From NCBI GenBank assembly GCA_002104905.1, contig MCFE01000073.1, positions 62,001-126,000 of the forward strand: a DNA stretch of 64,000 nt, given 5' to 3'. This DNA is from Basidiobolus meristosporus CBS 931.73 (Eukaryota; Fungi; Basidiobolomycota). The notes beneath the pieces are model-generated. The model was not told where the DNA came from. It searched no databases and saw only the letters and a list, made by a program, of their open reading frames with translations. Numbering within the stretch: position 1 is the first letter of the stretch; every line of letters starts with the position of its first letter. This document shows, one piece after another, positions 10,974-25,785 of the stretch. Made by a program: the position numbers and the translations under genes.

Positions 10974-13900
10974 TATTACAAGTCTTGGTATAAGAGTTGT
11001 AGAGGAACAGGGAGTTTAGCTAGTATTGCGTTCACTAAAACTTGACCTGATTTTTATTGAGGTTGCAGCAGCTCCTTATATACATTTTGCCAGATCAATT
11101 GCTGACTAATTGTATTTCCTAATGTAGGCTGTGGCTGATGACTCATTTGATTGCATCATCATCACCCAATAAGATCCTACCTAATATATCTATTTCTTTC
11201 TGATAAGGATCTGCTGATTCATTTGCTGACTAATGCTGCTGATTTAATAGATAATACTGCTATACGGATAACCTAAACATATAACTAATTGATATGTCTA
11301 AAAATTGAGCAAACTTGAACATTCAAGCGGCAGATCATAATATTCTCCCCTGCTAAAGTTGAAATGGTTCTCCTGAATCTATTTTCTTGTGATACCAATA
11401 TATTGATGTTTCAGTTTTATCAGCAAGTCTTGCAAGCTTGAGTCTGTCCCTTTGCACCAAGTCTTCCAGGATATTGCCTTGTTTGTCCACTAGTTGGTAA
11501 GTTGCAAATGGACATTCTCTGATGATCTTGAATGGTCATGTCCATAGTGGCTCAAACTTCTTCCAAGTGTTGTTTCTTAATAATACAAAGTTCCCAACTT
11601 TCAATGCTTCTGGTGCTATAGTCTTATCAAATCTCTGCTTCATCTTTTCTGCAGTTTGAGATACTTTGGTCTGTGCCCCTGGATGTCTTTGTTCCAGTTG
11701 CTGGTGTCTACTTGGCTGACTGAGTTCATCTTCTAAGGTGTCTGTAAGCTTTGGTTGTGTAAGATCTCCTGTTATCCTTGGTTCAGATCCATACACTAAG
11801 TGAAATGGCAATTGCCGGGTGGTATTGTGTACTCTGACTCTGCATGCAAAGAGTGCTTGGTCTATATACTTGTCCCATCTGCTGACAATTCCATTTGCAT
11901 ACTTGGTCAGCATTTTTCCAAATAATCCATTAAACCATTCAGTGACTCCATTAGTTCTGGGGTGATATGCCAAGGTTTTCAAGTGTTTGATCTGCTGCAT
12001 TTCCAGGTAAGCTTCCAATGTCTTTGCCATAAAGTTTGCACATCTATCAGATAGAATCTCTACAGGGCATCCAAACTTCATAAGGATCTCATGGTAGATG
12101 AAACTTGCGACTTCTTGTTCACTGCTATATGTACAGCTTTAGCCACTGGCCATTTTGCAGCATGGTCAATTGCTACCAGGATCCAATGGTTGCAGTTCCT
12201 TGTAGTTGGCAGTCTTCCAATAAAGTCAATTCCACATCTTTCAAATGGTCTTACAGGCTCCAAGGGAAAGAGTTCAGCAATTCTCTGTGGTTGGCCTGGG
12301 TTGATTTGGCAATTTGGGCATGTTTTCACTAGCTTCTCAATGTCTTGTTTCATTCTGGGCCACCATGCTCTGGCTTTCACAAGACTATAGGTTCCTTCAA
12401 TTCCAAAATGTTCATATCCATTGTGTAGCTTATCTATTAAATCAAGGCAAGAAACATAAGGGCAATAGGCAATAGGGCTTCCATCAACAATTTGGTAGAG
12501 TGTTCTATCCTGCACTACAAATTTGATGGCTTCATCCCGGATTATCTTCTTAATATCTTCATCCACCTGATTAGGAATGGCTTGGTCCTCCAAGTATTAT
12601 AGTAATAGGCTAGGCCAATCTGATTCATGCACCAAGTTGAGTTGTGCAACTTGAACTGATCTTGATAAGGTGTCAGTAACCATGTTTTTTTTCCAGGACA
12701 GTAGACAATCTCCAAGTCAAATTGTTGCATGTATTCACTCCTTCTTTTCATTCTACTAAGGAATACCTTTGGAGTAAATATATACTTGAGGGAGGCATGA
12801 TCAGTCTTCACAGTGCATTTGACTCCTTCAATATAGCATCTCCATGTCTTCAAACAGTAATATAGCAAGAATCTCCTTCTCATGCACTGGATAGTTTTGT
12901 TCTGCTAAGCTCAGTTTGTTAGACTCAAAGGCAACAGGGTAGTCCTTTCCCCCAAGTTCTTGGCTCAACACTCCACCAATTGCATAATCTGAAGCATCTG
13001 TGCACAGAGTAAACTCTTTTCTGAAGTCAGGTATTCTTTAGCTTGGCAGCTTAGCAAGTTCATTCTTGAGTGTCTGGAAGGCTGTGTAACAAGCTATGTC
13101 CCACATGTAGGTATTGTCTTTCTTCACAATATCAGTTAAAGGTGCTGCAATACTTGCAAAGGACTTGACAAATCTCCAATAAAAGGAAACCATTCCAAGG
13201 AACAATCTGAGCTCTAATATGCTATTGGGCTGCTTTAGATTCTTGATAACTTCAACCTTCTTAGGGTCTAAGGTTACTCCTGTGCTAGTCACTATGTGTC
13301 CCAGATATTCAACATGTTCCTTGAAGAATTCACAATTGGGTAGCTTGCCATAAAGCTTGTTCTCACTTAGCTTCTTCAAGACCTTTTTAATGTGTACCAA
13401 GTGATCCTCTTCTGTCTTGCTGTATATCAATATATCATCTAGGTAGATTATGACAAACCTGTCTAAGTACTCCTGGAAGACAGTCCGCATCAGAGTCATG
13501 AATGTTGCAGGGGCATTGGTGAGGCCAAAACTCATGACTAAGTACTTGTAATGTCCATACCTGGTCCTGAATGCTGTCTTAGGGATGTCTTCTGGCTTCA
13601 CCCTTATCTGGTTGTATCCTAACATGAGGTCAATCTTGCTGAAAATAGTGGCTCCATTGAGTTGGTCCAAGAGCTCATCAATCCAAGGTATGGGGTATTT
13701 ATTCTTCACAGTAACTGAGTTGAGGGCTCTGTAGTCAATGCACATCCTAAGTGTTCCATCCTTTGTCTTCACAAAAAGTACTGGTGCTCCCCAAAGTGAC
13801 TTGCTAGGTCTGATGTATCCTTGCTCCAGTAACTGATCTATTTATCTCTTCATCTCTTCCAACTCCAATGGACTCATTCTGTAAGGTGTGTTATTCACTG

Positions 13901-15869
13901 GAGGGCTATCTCCTGTTTCAATGGCATGATCCATGTCTCTGACTAGTGGTAGGCTTACAAGCTCTTCTGGAAATACATCTGAATATTCCTTCAAAAGAGA
14001 CTGGACCTTCTGGGGAACTGGAGTGGAGGAATACTCCTGCAATTCTGCCATAAGGAACATCTGGGCAACTTTTCTTAGTGCTCTACAGAACTGTGTCTTG
14101 CTAAGCTCACTTGCTTCACACACACTGGATTTGACCAAGTTAAAAACCAGTCTGGCAGCTAATAGCTACCAGGACTTGTTGTTCTTCTGGATCTGAGTAG
14201 CATGGGTTCTCCAGTTGATTGATGGATTACAACAAAATAGTCAGGTCTTCCCAAGTACAAGGTCAAACTTGCAGCTCCAAAATATATAGGCCTGTAGATC
14301 TTGTTCATAGTCATTGATCTTCATCCTCACTGGCTGAGTAATAGAGTTGATTATATGAGAGTTCCCATCAGCTGTTGAGACTGAAGTTGATTTGGTGGGT
14401 CCCAAGTTGATTCCAGCTTTCAATGCAAATTGCTCTGACATGTACTCATGTGATGCTCCTGAGTCAATTATGATCTAAGCAGGTACTTCATTGGTTTGAG
14501 GTCATCTGGGATAGTTATTCTTCTGTCATATGGAAGGTGAGTTCTGAGTCTTCTTCAAGTTCATCTGCCATTTTACTATGCTCCATGGCCTCAATATGAC
14601 TAAAAGTTCTTGATGGCTAGCATCCATTTCTTCTCTGAGGGCAGTACTTTGTAATATCTCCCTGCTGGTGGCAGCTGAAGCAAAGTCCTTTCTTCTTACA
14701 TTCTTCTGAGGTAGGATTCTTCTGCATAGCATCTATTTCCATTGGCACTACTTCTGATTGTCTTCTTCCATAGAGATTGTAGCCTCTCTGATTAGTCATT
14801 GTGGGCTTCCCAGCTCCAAACATAGCCGGGTCATAGTCTATGGCAATCTTGATGCCTTCTTCAATAGTCTGAGATCTTCAATAATTCACTTCCTTAAGCA
14901 TTCTTTCTTTCAACCCATCAATAAAGTATTCAACTTGATCCAGAGGGTCCATTCTTTCAATTTGCTCCAATAGACATCTATATTCATAGATGTACTCTTG
15001 GACCAGTCCTCCCTGTCTGAGTGTCTTTAACTTTCTTTTTAGTAGTGTCTGTAGGTGTGGGGGCTCTAAGGCATCCTAAATTCCAACACAAACTCATACC
15101 AGGTAGAGATTGTAGAGTATCCCATCATGTTGGCCGACCTGATCTTGTTGTGGTACCACTGAAAAGCTGTGTCTGCCAGGTAAGAGGCTGCATAATGTAA
15201 CTTGCTTTCTGGAGCAATTCCCTTAGCCTTGAAAGCTTCTTCAATCTGGAAGAGCCAAGTTCCCAGGTTTTCATTGACTCTACCATGGTACTGGCTGACT
15301 TTCACACTAAAGTTGCTCTTGACAGGGTTTTGCTGGCTTTGGGCCATGGTAGTCCTTCCTTGTTGCTACTGGCTAAGGATCTGGAGTAACTTTTGCTGGG
15401 CCAGGATTTGTTGCATAGCATTCTTCCATTCTTGACTTTTGGACATTTTGAGGGAGGCTTGTTCTTTCTTCAGGAGGGATGTTTCTGGTTATTGCTGCTA
15501 CCAATGTTACAAGCTGTGGTATAAGGGTTGTAGAGGAATAGGGAGTTTAGCTAGTATTATATTCACTAAAACTTGAACTGATTTTATTGAGGTTCCAGCA
15601 GCTCATATACATTTTGCCGGATCAATTGCTGACTAATTGTATTTCCTAATGTAGGCTGTGGCTGATGACTCATTTGCTTGCATCATCATCAACCAATAAG
15701 ATCCTATGTGATATATCTATTTTGGTCTGATAAGGATCTGCTGATTCATTTGCTAACTAATGCTGCTGATTTGATTGATAATACTGCTATACTGATAACC
15801 AAAACATGTAACTAAATGATTTGACTAAAAACTGATCTAACTTAAACATTCAAGCGGCAGATCATAACA
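10974..15869 (-). mobile_element. Ty3/gypsy LTR retrotransposon, full domain set, decayed
   Basis: 5' LTR 15505-15869, PBS TGGTAGCAG, gag, protease, RT (YLDDILI, 13038-13772), RNase H, integrase (11536-12593), PPT (tagcaggggagaa), 3' LTR 10974-11342. Multiple stops and frameshifts. Flanks do not form a TSD. Confidence 0.92.
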
Positions 15870-16022
15870 ACTTAAGATACACTTATAAGAACTCAGAACA
15901 GGATCTGGTGGGATACTATGATGCAGGTTGGGGACAAAATTTAGAAGACGGAAGATCCACCACAGGATACACCTTTCATTACTATCAAGGAGCAATTTCA
16001 TGGAATTCAAGAAAGCAACCAA
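15870..16022 (+). mobile_element. Copia-B RT/RNase H junction fragment
   Basis: LRYTYKNSEQDLVGYYDAGWGQNLED...STTGY, nearly identical to 42288-42440. Confidence 0.85.
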
Positions 16023-17365
16023 ATGTGTGAGATCCAGGGGGCTTATTCCATAATGCGCACACATTATTACTATCCAAATGCCAACACTAAGAACATTCTT
16101 TCCCACAGAGCAAGCATACAGAAGTCAGCATGCAATTTCAGCAAAGTTAGCAAGCTATCAGCTGTTGACTAAAATATGGAATTAATTGGAAACCAGAGAT
16201 ACTTAAGATAGACGGTATCTGTTGGAGCAAAACCATTCCTATGGGAGCAATGCATTTGCTTCTCATCAATATCCCCATACTGATGACCAAGTTGTAGATG
16301 GGGCATTTCAAGCTAAATGAGCCCTTCAAGATACCTGGGAAATTTGAAAGAATTGGTAAAATATTACCAAGTATTTGCAACCCTAAGTACTTCTCAACGG
16401 CCCCAATCAATAGTTATACAAATAAGCAACAACACAAATTTAAAGACTGGATGAACTGGATATTTATTTATTCAAGTGGCATTCAGAAGCCATTCTTACC
16501 AAGAGTACATTGGAAGCATTGGGAGTCATATGCAGGCATTGTAGGATATTCATCCAGATGCGGATCACTGATGCCAACTTGACACATCTACAGCTGTTGT
16601 GTAAGGAGTTTGTAATGGGATTTGAGCAGCAATTTTACAAACATAAAGCTTAGCATGTAGATATCTGCGCTACTGTATCCATTATCTACTCTGTCATGCT
16701 TGGTGTGTGGCAAATACTGGTCCTTGCTTCACTTTTTGGGAGTTTCCTAAGGAGCAGATGTGTGGGGAGATGGGAAGACATGTCAAATTGCAGATACTAC
16801 CATATCCCAATCTCATCAAGAACATTACCAGCAAGTCTGGCATGGATTTAATGAGTTGGTACATGGAGGACAGCCAGGAAAAGTTGGAAATATTGAAGAT
16901 AGATGTACACATGGTGAAACCTATGCCTACAGCATTAAGAAGCTATGCGGTCCCAATGCTTGGGTAATCAGTTAAGTAATGCAAGGTTGGGTTTGGTGCA
17001 AAAAGCAGCTGATTTTTATTAGCAGTACTCTACCAAGGTTTGCCAGACTTCTCTTGGTCACAAGCCAACTTCTGCACCAATCATTACAGAATTCATACAA
17101 CCAAGAGCCTGCAAATATCTATAAGGGGGACTAGAATCCAACCAGGAAAAGGAATATATTGGCTAAATACCAAAAAGCTCTTTGTGGATATTTAGGAGGA
17201 ATTCATGGTAGAAGTGGCAGCAACCATGCATATGTTTGCAGAATGTATTTGTTTCCAGCAGTGCAACATATATGGCAATCTCGCAAGTCTCACACTAAAA
17301 AGCTGTAAAGTTGAGGTAATAGAAGTATATCAATTGAGGCAGGAGTGTAAATTTGCAGAGGATAG

Positions 17366-20300
17366 TGTTATGATCTGCTGCTTGAATGTTTAAGTTAGAT
17401 CAGTTCTTAGTCAAGTCAATCAGTATATGTTTAGGTTATCTGTATATCAGTATTATCTATTATATCAGTAGCATTAGTCAGCAAATGAATCAGCAGATCC
17501 TTATCAGATAGAAATAGAAGTATTAAGTAGAATCTTATTGGATGATGATGATGAAATCAAATGAGTCATCAGCCACAACCTACATTAGGAAATACAATTA
17601 GTTGGCAGTTGATCTGGCAAAATGTAAATAAGGAGCTGCTGGAACCTCAATAAAATTCAGTTCAAGTTTTAGTGAATACAATACTAGCTAAACTCCCTAT
17701 TCCTCTACAACTCTTATACCAAGACTTGTAACATTGGTAGCAGCAATAACCAGAAACCTCCCTCCTGAAGAAAGAAGAAACCACCCTCAAGATGTTGGAC
17801 AATCAAGAATGGAAAAATGCCATGCAGCAAATCCTGGACCAACAGCAACAGTTACTCCAGATCCTCAGCCAACAGCAACAAGGAATGACTACCATGGCTC
17901 AGAGCCAGCAAAACCCTGTCAAGAGCAACCTTAGTGTGAAGGTCAACTGGTACCATGGTAGAGTCAATGAAAACCTGGGAACTTGGCTCTTTCAGATTGA
18001 AGAAGCTTTTAAAGCTAAAGGAATTGCTCCAGAAAGCAAGTTGCATTATGCAGCTTCTTACCTGGCAGGTGCAGCTTTACAGTGGTACCACAAAAAGATC
18101 AGGCCAGCCACTATGATGGGATGCTCTACAATCTCTACCTGGGATGAGCTTGTGTTGGAAATTCAGGATGCTTTTGAACCTCCACCCCAGCAGACACTAC
18201 TAAGATGGAAGTTAAAGACACTCAGACAGAAAGGAATGGTTCAAGAATACATCTATGAGTAGAGATGTCTACTTGGACAAATTAAAAGATGTTGTAATCC
18301 ATCAATCAACTGGAGAACCCATGCTACTCAGATACAGAAGGACAACAAGACCTGGTAGCTATTAGCTGCCAGACTGGTTTTTAACTTGGTCAATTCCAGT
18401 GTGTGTGAAACAAGTGAACTTAGCAAGACACAGTTCTGTAGAGCACCAAGAAAAAGCACCCAGATGTTCCTCATGGCAGTATTACAGGAGGATTCTGCTA
18501 CCCCAGCACCCCAGCAGGTCCAGACTCTCTTGAAGAGATATTCAGATGTGTTTCCAGATGAGCTTGTAAGCCTACCACCAGTCAGAGACATGGATCATGC
18601 CATTGACACAGGAGATAGCCCTCCAGTGAGCAAGACACCTTACAGAATGAGTCCATCAGAATTGGAGAAAATGAAGAGACAAATTGATCAGCTATTGGAG
18701 CAAGGATATATCAGACCCAGCAAGTCACCTTGGGGAGCACCAGTGCTTTTTATGAAAAAGAAGGATGGAACACTTAGGATGTGCATTGACTACAGAGCCC
18801 TCAACTCAGTTACCATGAAGAATGCATACCCCATACCTTGGATTGATGAGCTCTTGGACCAACTTCATGGAGCCACTATTTTCAGCAAGATTGACCTCAT
18901 GTCAGGATACAACCAGATAAGGGTGAAGCCAGAAGACATCCCTAAGACAGCATTCAGGACCAGATATGGACATTATTGTTGAAATATTGGACTATTTGGT
19001 ATCATTCAGCAGCTAAAAATTTACTTAACCATTCTAGACTAGTCTTAGTCACTGTAGGACTCATTCACTGCCTTAACTTTGCCACTTTCACCAGATATAT
19101 GATCCTATGATTATTTCCCTATAGTCAGGATCAAATTAGCACTATTACCAAACATTATGTACTAACCCTGAAGCTGTTACAGAATGCTCCTGAATATTGA
19201 GAAACCCTCCATACTTAGTGTTATAGCTGTATTACTTCTACAAAGGTATAAATACTGAGCTTCTTTATGAATAAGCAATAGTTCAACTATTATCACTATT
19301 TCTTGATAAGCTCCTTATATCCAAATCACTTCATAAATTGCAACAGGTTATAAGCCCCAATTGCCTTAATATATTCTAATGATGACTTCTACCAGCAAAC
19401 AGAGCAATACGAACATCTACCCTGTAAAGGAGAGGTTTGATGGGAAGAACTACAGACTTTGGAGAATCAAGATGCAGATCCACCTTGAGGAAAGAAAGCT
19501 TTGGAACATAGTAACAGGAAAGGAAGTTGAGCCCAAAGAAACAGCAGAAGGTGTGGAGAAGTTTCAAGAGAAGGAGAGAAAGGCCTTCAATACCATATGC
19601 ATCAATGTGCAAGACTCCTCCATTGGACAAATCCATGCCTCAAATACTGCCAAAGCAGCATGGGAATCCTTGGAGAAGATCTTTAGAGCAAAGTCAGTAT
19701 CAAGCAAGCTTTATTTGAAACAAAAGTTCTTTAACACAAGGAAGAAGCCAGATGATGACATGCTACAACTCATTACCAGAATGGAGGCACTTGCAGAAGA
19801 ACTTTACAGTCTTCATGTTGGTGTAGATGATGAAGAAAAGATACTGTGTCTGCTTTGCAGCCTACCAGACAAGTATGAGCCACTCATACTTTCTTTTGAA
19901 AGCAGAGAAGAAGACTTGACCTTAGACTATGTCAAAGGAAGACTTCTCCATGAACAACTCCAATGTAATGATCAAGCAGAGAAAATTGAAGATAATGCTT
20001 TATTCAGTTCAGAAAGACACACAGAAAAGAAGGGAAAGCAACAAAACCAAAGAAAACCTGGCTGCTGTAACTTCTGTAAAAAGCCAGGACACTGGGCAGG
20101 AGAATGCAAGAAGAAACAAGCAGACAAAAAACAGAAACTAGAGCCGGCAAACCATATAACCACTGATGAACAGTTATTTGTAACTGCACAAGAGAGTGCA
20201 AATAACCAAAGTAATGAATGGTATATTGACTCTGGAGCATCACAGCATATTTGTGGTATAAAGGATTGGTTCAGCAACTTAAAGACTATTCCTGTAAGAA

Positions 20301-23300
20301 AGGCTTTTCTGGGAGATAACTCTGCATTGGACAACCAACAGCTATACAACTAAATGTGAGTGATAACTCAGGGGCAACAACAGCAAAACTGACTGACGTA
20401 CTCTATGTACCTGGAATAGCTGAAAACCTACTCTCAGTCAGTAAAGCAACTACTCAGGGACTGAAATTTGCTTTTACTAAGCTGAGCTGCGCAATATTGA
20501 GTGAAAATGGACAAAAATTAGCTTTGGGAATCAGAGATCAAAATATATGCAATTACAATGCAAGATCATTGTACCTGAGCATGCCAACATTACTGAAACG
20601 GATGAAATCAGCTGGGATACGTGACATAGGGGGCTAGGACACATAGGGGAACAGAAAATGAGCCAATTGGTGAAAAATCAACTAGTTTTGGGTTTATATT
20701 ACACAATTCCAATCAAATTGAATGTCTGTAAGGGATGTACATATGGCAAACAAGCTAGGCAATGTTTCAAGAGCTCAGGAGGCATGAATACCGCCAAAAT
20801 ACTGGCTATTGTACACTCAGACATATGTGGCCCCATGAGAACACTGTCTTTTGGAGCCAAGAGATACTTTTTGACGTTTATTGATGACAAGACAACATAT
20901 ACATGGGTGTACTTCCTCAAAACAAAGGATGAAGCTTTAGAGACATTTAAGCACTTCTAGAACATGACAGAAACACAAACTGGGTGTAAATTGAAGGTGC
21001 TACAAAGTGATAATGGAGGAAAATACTGCTCAAAAGAGTTGGCAAAATACTGCACATATACTAGTATACTTCAACAGACTACTGTTCCCCATACTCCACA
21101 GAAAAATGGAGTAGCAGAACGTGCAAATAACAGTAGTAGAGATGGCAGGATCTATGCTACATGATAAGGGAATGGACTACAAGTATTGGGCTGAATCTGT
21201 TGCCACCACTGTATACATCAAGAACAGATGCCTAACAACAGCACTACATGATTCTACACCCTTTGCAGCATATACAGGCAAAAAAACCAGATCTCCAGCA
21301 TCTCAGGATCTTTGGCAGTGATATTTTTTGTCACATCCCTCACAAAAAACGCTCAAAGTTGGAACCAAAGAGTAGGAAAGGGATCTCTGTTGGGTATTTT
21401 GAAGATACTAAAGGGTATAGAGTGTATGATGGCAAAATTCAGGAGCTGATCAAGAGCAGGGACATTGTATTTGAGGAGAATTCAGATCAGAAAGCCACAG
21501 AACTCATTGGCCAGCTACCTGATGATGCAATCAACACTAATGAAGAAGATACGTTCCAAATCCAGCCAGATATGGAAGATACTTCTACCAGTTCCATATC
21601 AGAACAGATTATCCCAGTAAGGAGATCTACTAGAATAAGAAATGCCCCTGGATCCTGGTGGCAGACATCCAATGATCATGAAGAAGCTTATCTTGCCTTA
21701 TGTGCCAAACCTCAGAATCTGGAACAGGCAATGCAAAGTCCAGATGCTACTATGTGGCAACAAGCCATGCAGGAGGAGTACTAATCACTGATCAAGGCAA
21801 AAACATGGGAACTGCTAGATTTACCAAATGGGAGAAAGCCAATAGGATGTAGATGGGTCTACAAGAACAAGATAATCTCCAATGGTGCTGTTGATGAGTA
21901 CAAGGCTAGATTGGTAGCTAAAGGCTATTCCCAGATCCAGGGACTAGATTTTAAGGAAACATTTGCTCTGGTTGCCAAGTTTAACTCTATTAGGACAGTT
22001 CTAGCCCTGGCAGCTGTACACAGTCTAGATCTACACCAAATGGACGTCAGAACAGCCTTTCTAAATGGGGATTTGCAAGAAACTATATATATGGAGCAAC
22101 TAGAAGGTTTTACCAATCCAAAAGGCCCCCATAAGGTGTGCAAACTTAGAAAATTGTTGTATGGGTTTAAGCAGGCACCCAGAGCATGGTATAACAAGAT
22201 TGACACATATCTAGAGGAAATTGGTTTCTCTTGTAGCACTGCAGATCACAGAATATATGTAAAACAACTCATGAAGGGTGTGATCATCCTAGTTCTTTAT
22301 GAGGACAACCTAATTATAGCTACAAGTGACCAAGAGGCACTTAAGCAGACAAAATCAGATCTCTTCAGCAAGTTTGAGATGAAAGATCTTGAAAAATTGC
22401 GCTATTTTCTTGGAATTGAAGTCAAATTTAACATACATACGCAGAAAATTGTGCTGAATCAGTCTAAGTACATCAGGGACATTCTTAGACGCTTCAAAAT
22501 GGAAAATTGCAAACCTGCAGCAACCCCTATGTACAATAACTTGAAATTAAGCAAATCACAGCCAGTTATAGATGAAAACAGCTCAAATATGGACCAAAAC
22601 TTTCCCTATTAATCAATGGTTGGTAGCCTAATGTACTTGATGGTGTCTACACGTCCAGATATTGCAGTGGCAGTTGGAATAGTCAGTGAATTGATGCAGA
22701 ATTATGGATCAGATCAAATTGCAGCAGTTAAGCAGATTTTCAGATATCTACAAGGTGCCATAAATATGGTACTGTAATACTCTGGAGCAGCTAGTAGGCA
22801 AATATTTGATGGTTATAGTGATTCAGATTAGGGTAGGGATCTGATTGACAGATGCTCTACCACAGGCTATGTATTTCTTTATGCTGGTGCAGCTATTACT
22901 TGGAATTGCAAGAAACAACCAACTGTGGCCCTATCTACAACTGAAGCCAAATATATGGCTGCATGTCAAGCAACTAAGGAGGCTTTATGGCTACAAAAAT
23001 TATTCAAAGACTTAGGTTTTAACTCAGATGAACCAACATGTATTTACAAGGATAATCAAATTGTATTTCATTAGCTAGAAATCCTACTAATTGTGCCAAA
23101 ACTAAGCACATTGATATACAGCATCCCTTTGTGAGGGAAGCTGTAGAAAATAACTTAGTGGAGTTAGTTTACTGCCCAACTGACAAAATGGTGGCAGACA
23201 TATTGACAAAGCCACTAGCTAGGCCACAGTTTGATATCCTTAGAGAGAAATTGGGATTAAGAAACTACTTAGTTGAGGGGGATTGTTGAAATATTGGACT

Positions 23301-25785
23301 ATTTGGTATCATTCAGCAGCCAAAAGTTTACTTAGCAATTCTAGACTAGTCTTAGTCACTGTAGGACTCATTTACTGCCTTTACTTTGCCACTTTCTCCA
23401 GATATATGATCTGATTATTATTCCCCTATAGTCAAGATCAAATTAGCACTATTACCAAACATTATGTACTAACCCTGAAACTGTTACAGGATGCTCCTGA
23501 ATATTGAGAAACCCTCCCTACTTAGTGTTACAGCTGTATTACTTCTACAATGGTATAAATACTGAGCTTCTTTATGAATAAACAATAGTTCAACTATTAT
23601 CACTATTTCTTGATAAGCCCCTTATATCCAAATCACTTCTTATATTGCAACAATTACAAGTACTTAGTCATGAGTTTTGGCCTCACCAATGCCCCTGCAA
23701 CTTACATGACCCTGAGGCAGACTGTCTTCCAGGAGTACTTAGACAGGTTTGTTATAATCTACCTAGATGATATACTGATATACAGCATGACAGATGAGGA
23801 TCACTTGGTGCACATTGAAAAGGTCTTGAAGAAACTAAGAGAGAACTAGCTATATGGCAAGCTTGCCAAGTGTGAATTCTTCAAGGAACACGTTGAATAC
23901 CTGGGACATATAGTGACTAGCACAGGAGTGACCTTAGACCATAAGAAGGTTGAAGTTATCAAGAACCTGAAGCAGCCCCATAGCAAATGAGAACTCAGAT
24001 CATTTCTTGGAATGGCTTTCTATTATTGGAGATTTGTCAAGTCTTTTTCAAGTATTGCAGCCTCTTTAACTGATATCCTCAAGAAAGACAATACCTACAA
24101 GTGGGGCATAGCTTGTCAGGCTGCCTTCCAGACACTCAAGAAAGAACTTGCTAAGCTTTCAAGCCTAAGAATACAAGACTTCAGAAAAGTGTCCAATCTG
24201 TACACAGATGCTTCAAATTATGCAATTGGTGGAGTGCTGAGCCAAGAACACAAGGGAAAGGACTACCTGTTGCCTCTGAATCCAAGAAACTGAACTCAGC
24301 AGAACGAAACTATCCAGTCCATGAGCAGGAGATGCTTGCTTTAATACACTGTTTGCAGACATGGAGATGCTATATTGAAGGAGTCAAATGCACTGTGAGG
24401 ACTGATCATGCCTCCCACAAGTATACATTTACTCATAAGGTACTCTCTAGAAGAATGACAAGATGGGGTGAATACACTCAGCAATTTGACCTGGAGATTG
24501 TCTACTGCCCTGGAAAAAACAACAAGGTTGCTGATGCCTTATTGGAAGACTGCCAACTACCAGGAAATGCAACCATTGGATCCTGGTAGCATTTGACCAT
24601 GACACTAAATGGCCAGTTGCTAAAGCTGTACCAATAGCCAGTGAACAAGAAGTTGCAAGTTTCATTTACCATGAGATCCTGGTGAAGTTTGGATGCCCTG
24701 TGGAGATCTTATCTGATAGAGTAGCAAACTTTATGGCAACAACATTAGAGGCTTACCTGGAAATGCATCAGATCAGACACTTGAAAACCTTGGCATATCA
24801 CCCCAGAACTAATGGAGTCACTGAGCGGTTTAATGGATTATTTGGAAAAATGCTGACCAAGTATGCAAATGGAGTTGTCAGTAGATGGGATGATTATATA
24901 GACCAAGCACTCTTTGCATGCAGAGTCAGAGTACACAACACCACCCAGCAATCACCATTTACTTAATGTATGGATGTGAACCAAGGATTCCAGGAGATCT
25001 CACACAACCAAAGCTTACAGACACCTTAGAAGATGAGCTCAGTCAGCCAAGTAGACACCAGCAACTGGAACAAAGACGTCAAGAGGCACAGATCAAAGTA
25101 TCTCAAAGTGCAGAAAAGATGAAGCAGAGATTTGATAAGATTATAGCACCAGAAGCATTGGCAGTTGGGAACTTTGTATTGTTAAGAAACAACACTTGGA
25201 AGAAGTTTGAGCCGCAATTGACAGGACCATTCAAGATCATCAGAGAATGTCCATTTGCAACTTACCAACTGGTGGACAAAAAAGGCAATATGCGGCAAGA
25301 CTTAGTTCATAGGGACAGACTCAAGCTTGCAAGACTTGCTGATAATACTGAACCATCAAGATATTGGTATCACAAGAAAAGAGATTCAAGAGAACCCTCT
25401 CAACTATAGTAGGGGAGAATGTTACAATCTGCCGCTTGAATGTTTAAGTTAGATCAGTTTTTAGTCAAATCAATTTGTATATGTTTAGGTTATCAGTATA
25501 TCAGTATTATCAAGCAAGTCAGTAGCATTAGTCAGCAAATGAATCAGCAGATCCTTATCAGACAGAAATAGATATTTAGTAGAATATTATTGGGTGAAGA
25601 TGATGCAATCAAATGAGTCATCAGCCACAACCTACATTAGGAAATACAATTAGTTGGCAGTTGATCTGGTAAAATGTATATAAGGAGCTGCTGGAACCTC
25701 AATAAAAATCAGTTCAGGTTTTAGTGAATACAATAATAGCTAAACTCCCTATTCCTCTGCAACTCTGATACCAAGACTTGTTATA
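17366..25785 (+). mobile_element. Ty3/gypsy element with internal deletions and a nested Copia-A; 4-bp TSD ATAG
   Basis: 5' LTR 17366-17733, PBS TGGTAGCAGC 17735-17744, gag 17792-18262, RT split at 18976/23653, RNase H, integrase 24682-25409, PPT, 3' LTR 25420-25785. ATAG at 17362-17365 and 25786-25789. Deletions near 18290 and 24540. Confidence 0.92.
18977..23652 (+). mobile_element. Copia-A full-length element (older, disrupted) inserted into the gypsy RT
   Basis: LTRs 18977-19345 and 23284-23652 (TG...CA, roughly 20 differences in 369 bp). PBS GGTTATAAGCCC; gag with CCHC knuckle and protease DSGAS (19379-20353); integrase, RT, RNase H; PPT gaggggga. TSD ATTAT/ATTAC. Confidence 0.95.

Noticed and set aside
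25200-25409. Chromodomain at the gypsy integrase C-terminus
   Set aside because: The ORF ends shortly after the conserved post-core region (...HRDRLKLARL...) and the PPT follows directly, leaving no room or motif for a chromodomain.
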